DNA from: Macrostomum lignano
Taxonomy: Eukaryota
Assembly: GCA_002269645.1 (NCBI GenBank)
Contig: NIVC01001353.1
Coordinates: 124,001 to 188,000, forward strand
Direction of reading: 5' to 3'
DNA length: 64,000 nt
Positions within the stretch are counted from its first letter, which is position 1; each line of letters begins with the position of its first letter. The notes under the pieces are model-generated. The model saw nothing but the letters and a program-made list of their open reading frames with translations. It ran no database searches and was not told the DNA's origin. A program made the translations under genes and the position numbers. Positions 60,314-64,000 of the stretch are shown here, in pieces.

Positions 60314-60679
60314 ATGTCCGCCAGCAGCGAGCCGAGCCAGGAGCAGCAGGTCAAGCTGCTCGCCGAACTGCGGCAGCGGGTTGCCGGCGAGGAGCCGCTA
60401 CCTGGAGAGGACTACTTCCAGGATGAAGTCACGTGAGCTATTCCTAATGTATTCTGATCTGTTATCGGATTTGAACCAATGCGTAATGCCCGGCCCGCTT
60501 CAGTCTGCTTCGCTTCCTGCGGGCCCGCGAATGGAATCTCGACGCCGCCGAGAAGCAGCTCCGCGGCGCCATCGACTGGCGAAGGTCCTACAAGCCGCTG
60601 ACTGCCGAGTGCCGCTGGTGCATCGAGGAGCCCGGATACCACAGCATGGTCTGTCTGTCTGTCTGTCTGTCTGTCTGCC

Positions 60680-60728
<49 letters not shown>

Positions 60729-60731
60729 GCC

Positions 60732-60764
<33 letters not shown>

Positions 60765-63013
60765 GCCTGTCTGTCTGTCTGTCTGTCTGTCTTAGTTATT
60801 TATATTCAACTTCCACAGCGGCAGGTCGGCTTTGACCTGGGCGGCCGGCCGGTGATCTACTCCTGCTTTGCCCAAGCAGACGCCAAGAGCAACAACACTG
60901 AAGATTCGATCGCTCACTGCACCTTCTTGATCGAGAACGCGAAGCGCACCATGAAGCCGGGAGTCACCACCTGGGTGTTTGTGATTGACTGCACAGGTGC
61001 GTGGGTGCATTTCTCTTTTGGACTGCTGATTTTTTATTTTAAAGGCAGAAAGTAATGAAGGTGAGGACAGGCAGACAGACACCAAGACAGACACTGAGAC
61101 AGACACTAAGAGAGACACTTGCGCAGGCATAGAGACACTAAGAGAGACACTAGCGCAGGCAGACAGACACTAAGACAGATACTAAGACAGACACTAAGAC
61201 AGACACTAAGACAGACACTCAGACAGACACTAAGACAGACACTAAGACAGACACTAAGACAGAAACTAGCGCAGGCATAGAGACACTAAGAGAGACACTA
61301 GCGCAGGCAGACAGACACTAAGACAGACACTAAGACAGACACTAAGACAGACACTAAGACAGACACTAAGACAGACACTAGCGCAGGCAGACAGACACTA
61401 AGACAGACACTAAGACAGACACTAGCGCAGGCATAGAGACACTAAGAGAGACACTAGCGCAGGCAGACAGACACTAAGACAGACACTAAGACAGACACTA
61501 AGACAGACACTAGCGCAGGCAGACAGACACTAAGACAGACACTAGCGCAGGCAGACAGACACTAAGACAGACACTAAGACAGACACTAAGACAGACACTA
61601 AGACAGACACTAGCGCAGGCAGATAGACACTAAGACAGACACTAGCGCAGGCAGACAGACACTAAGACAGACACTAAGACAGACACTAAGACGGACACTA
61701 AGACAGACACTAAGACAGACACTAGCGCAGGCAGACAGACACTATGACAGACACTAGCGCAGGCAGACAGACACTAAGACAGACACTAAGACAGACACTA
61801 AGACGGACACTAAGACAGACACTAGCGCAGGCAGATAGACACTAAGACAGACACTAGCGCAGGCAGACAGACACTAGGACAGACACTAAGACAGACACTA
61901 AGACGGACACTAAGACAGACACTAGCGCAGGCAGACAGTCACCAAGCCCCACCCGCCGCAGGCATCACGCTGCCGCTGTGCAACCCGAGTCTTGGCTCGG
62001 GAGTCATCGGGGTGTTCAGCAACTTCTACCCGGAGCACCTGGAGCGGATCGTGTGCGTCAACCACAGCAGCCTGTTCCACGGCGTCTGGAGCGCCATCCG
62101 CGTGTTCATCGACCCCAAGACCGTCAAGAAGATGAAGTTCATCAAGGGCAAAGAGAAAATACAGCGGAAATTCGGGCAGATGTTCGGCGACGAACTGACG
62201 CGATGGCTGGTTGATGAGATTCGGCTGAATAAGCAGGTGAGGGAAGTGGGGGGGGGTCTGACTCGCGCCACGAGAGCCGGATTCATTTTTGGGCTTGTGC
62301 AGGAAATATTGGCCGAGGGTTGTCGTACATTTCACAGTTATCAACCCAAACCCATCTAGCAACCTGCCTAGCTAGATTAGCAATCCATCTAGCTAGATTA
62401 GCAATCCATAAGCGCTAGATTAGCAATCCATAAGCGCTAGATTAGCAACCCATAAGCGCTAGACCAGCAACCCATAAGCGCTAGATTAGCAACCCATAAG
62501 CGCTAGATTATCGCAATCCCCCTCACCGGCCAGGAACCCATGTCGGAGGCGCAGGAGAAGTTCTGGGAGGGCCCGATGCGCCCAAACCAGCACGATCCTC
62601 GCGGCTGTCCCTCCTACGTGGAGCAGTTCGTAGATCCCTACTTCCTTCGAGTGAAGCAGCTGGAGCTGCAGTCTGGCGAGGAGTCCACAGCCGGCGGTCT
62701 CTACCGGCTGCACCCCAACATCGCCGACCAGCAGCTGGGCCGTCTGGTGCCCTACGTGCCGCGGTGCCGGCGCAAGGAGGAGAAGAAAAAAGCCGCCGCT
62801 GCTGCCGCCGCAGCCGCCACCGCGGCCGCCGCTCCAGCCTCTAAACCGGTGGCGACGGCAGCTGAGCCGACCAAGGCCGAGCTGGCGGCCTACGGGGTCG
62901 CCCCGGTGGCAGCCAGCGACATTCCTGAGTTGGCTGGCGAGTCCTCAAGCTCCGATGACGAGCAGCTCGCCAGCGGTGTCGGCGCCGCTGCCGCGGTGGC
63001 TGGCGGCAAGTGA
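60314..63013 (+). CDS. CRAL-TRIO (Sec14-like) lipid-transfer protein, 5 exons, 398 aa
   Basis: Exons 60314-60432, 60504-60648, 60819-60996, 61962-62236, 62534-63013 (phases 2,0,1,0). LLRFLRAREWNLDAA, GFDLGGRPVIY, WVFVIDCTG, FYPEHLERIVCVN..F..VWSAIRVFIDPKTVKKMKF. Confidence 0.92.
60649..60790. repeat. (GTCT)n microsatellite beginning at the intron 2 donor
   Basis: Read directly. Confidence 0.97.
61060..61940. repeat. 12-nt array (AGACAGACACTA with GCGCAGGC variants), CRAL-TRIO intron 3
   Basis: Read directly. Confidence 0.96.
62371..62515. repeat. 20-22-nt array (GCTAGATTAGCAATCCATAAGC), last CRAL-TRIO intron
   Basis: About 6-7 copies. Confidence 0.93.
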
Positions 63014-63299
63014 CTGCGCTGAGCGCATTTTTAATTTTTAATTTTTACTTCGAGTTTTCCCGCAATTTCCTAGTAATACTACTTGCTGCTGCCAGTCATG
63101 AGTAGTGCTAAACGCTTTGGACTTTTTATGACAGTTTCTTGGTAGTAAAAATTAAGTTAGATGCGCTGTTTATACTACTGGCAGAAGCGGAATTTCAGGC
63201 AATTAGCAATTTTTTCAATATTTGATTTATTAGCCTGTGTTTCCTTTTTCCTAGCACTGAATTTGACTCATTTTTGTAGCTTAATTCTGTTTAGAAACT

Positions 63300-63730
63300 A
63301 TGGTGCAGGGTCTGAGTGATGCAGGGTCTGAGTGATGCAGGATCTGAGTGATGCAGGGTCTGAGTGATGCAGGGTCTGAGTGATGCAGGATCTGAGTGGT
63401 GCAGGGTCTGAGTGATGCAGGGTCTGAGTGATGCAGAGTCTGAGTGATGCAGGGTCTGAGTGATGCAGGGTCTGAGTGATGCAGGGTCTGAGTGATGCAG
63501 GGTCTGAGTGATGCAGGGTCTGAGTGATGCAGGGTCTGAGTGATGCAGGGTCGGAGTGATGCAGAGTCTGAGTGATGCAGAGTCTGAGTGATGCGGGGTC
63601 TGAGTGATGCGGGGTCTGAGTGATGCGGGGTCTGAGTGATGCAGGGTCTGAGTGATGCGGGGTCTGAGTGATGCAGGGTCTGAGTGATGCAGGGTCTGAG
63701 TGATGCAGGGTCTGAGTGATGCAGAGTGTG
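63300..63730. repeat. 16-nt minisatellite (GATGCAGGGTCTGAGT)
   Basis: About 26 copies. Confidence 0.97.
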
Positions 63731-64000
63731 ATGGCTGGGATCTTCAAAATGTAAGTATCGAGCCTAAAATTGCCCAGCTGCCTACTAGTGAAAAAATCGT
63801 CAAGTTAATCTGCTTCCAGTCCCCTTCCTCACTACTTAATTAGTTTGCTTTGTCAATTAGTGTCACTGAACTTCTCAACCGCTTTTCGCTAGTACATTTT
63901 ATTCAAAATAAAAAAGACTCGTAGTTAATGAGGCCTTCACGCACAGATGTTGTGCTGAAAAACTGTTTGCAACCTATAAGGCGTGTCTTTTGCTATAATG

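Noticed and set aside
2690-63730. CRISPR-like appearance of the regular arrays
   Set aside because: Units are head-to-tail with no unique spacers, there are no cas genes, and the context is eukaryotic.

Overview
Eukaryotic (animal) genomic DNA. GC-rich exons are separated by introns packed with minisatellites, and AT-rich spacers are full of small transposons. This style fits a flatworm such as Macrostomum (inference, not verified). I rebuilt genes by hand, checking splice phases. Minus strand: an orphan 2-exon gene (1238-3601), a 9-exon UBR1/2-type N-recognin E3 ligase (4108-~13288), a 4-exon bombesin/CCHamide-family GPCR (23892-37508) and an orphan ORF (43262-43783). Plus strand: LSm8 (21532-21822), a 4E-T/EIF4ENIF1 homolog (47526-54928) and a 5-exon CRAL-TRIO gene (60314-63013). 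Mobile DNA: an intact, young Ty3/Gypsy (Mag-like) LTR element with a 5-bp TSD in GPCR intron 2; a complete tRNA-derived SINE with a 14-bp TSD; an 8-bp-TSD DNA element family (3.35-kb copy plus 253-bp MITE); a long-TIR mariner derivative and its MITE; two Merlin-like MITEs; an element with an 11-bp duplication; and hAT-Charlie-like MITEs. About 25 tandem arrays are present. The best leads are: (1) an identical 18-nt core shared by two last-intron arrays 57 kb apart; (2) arrays that abut or form splice sites; (3) a transposon subterminal motif equal to the 5' splice consensus, amplified ~30x; (4) operon/trans-splicing signatures; (5) a degenerate ClpS pocket in the UBR ligase. I found no CRISPR, rRNA or intact tRNA gene, and nothing I can claim as a proven new system.
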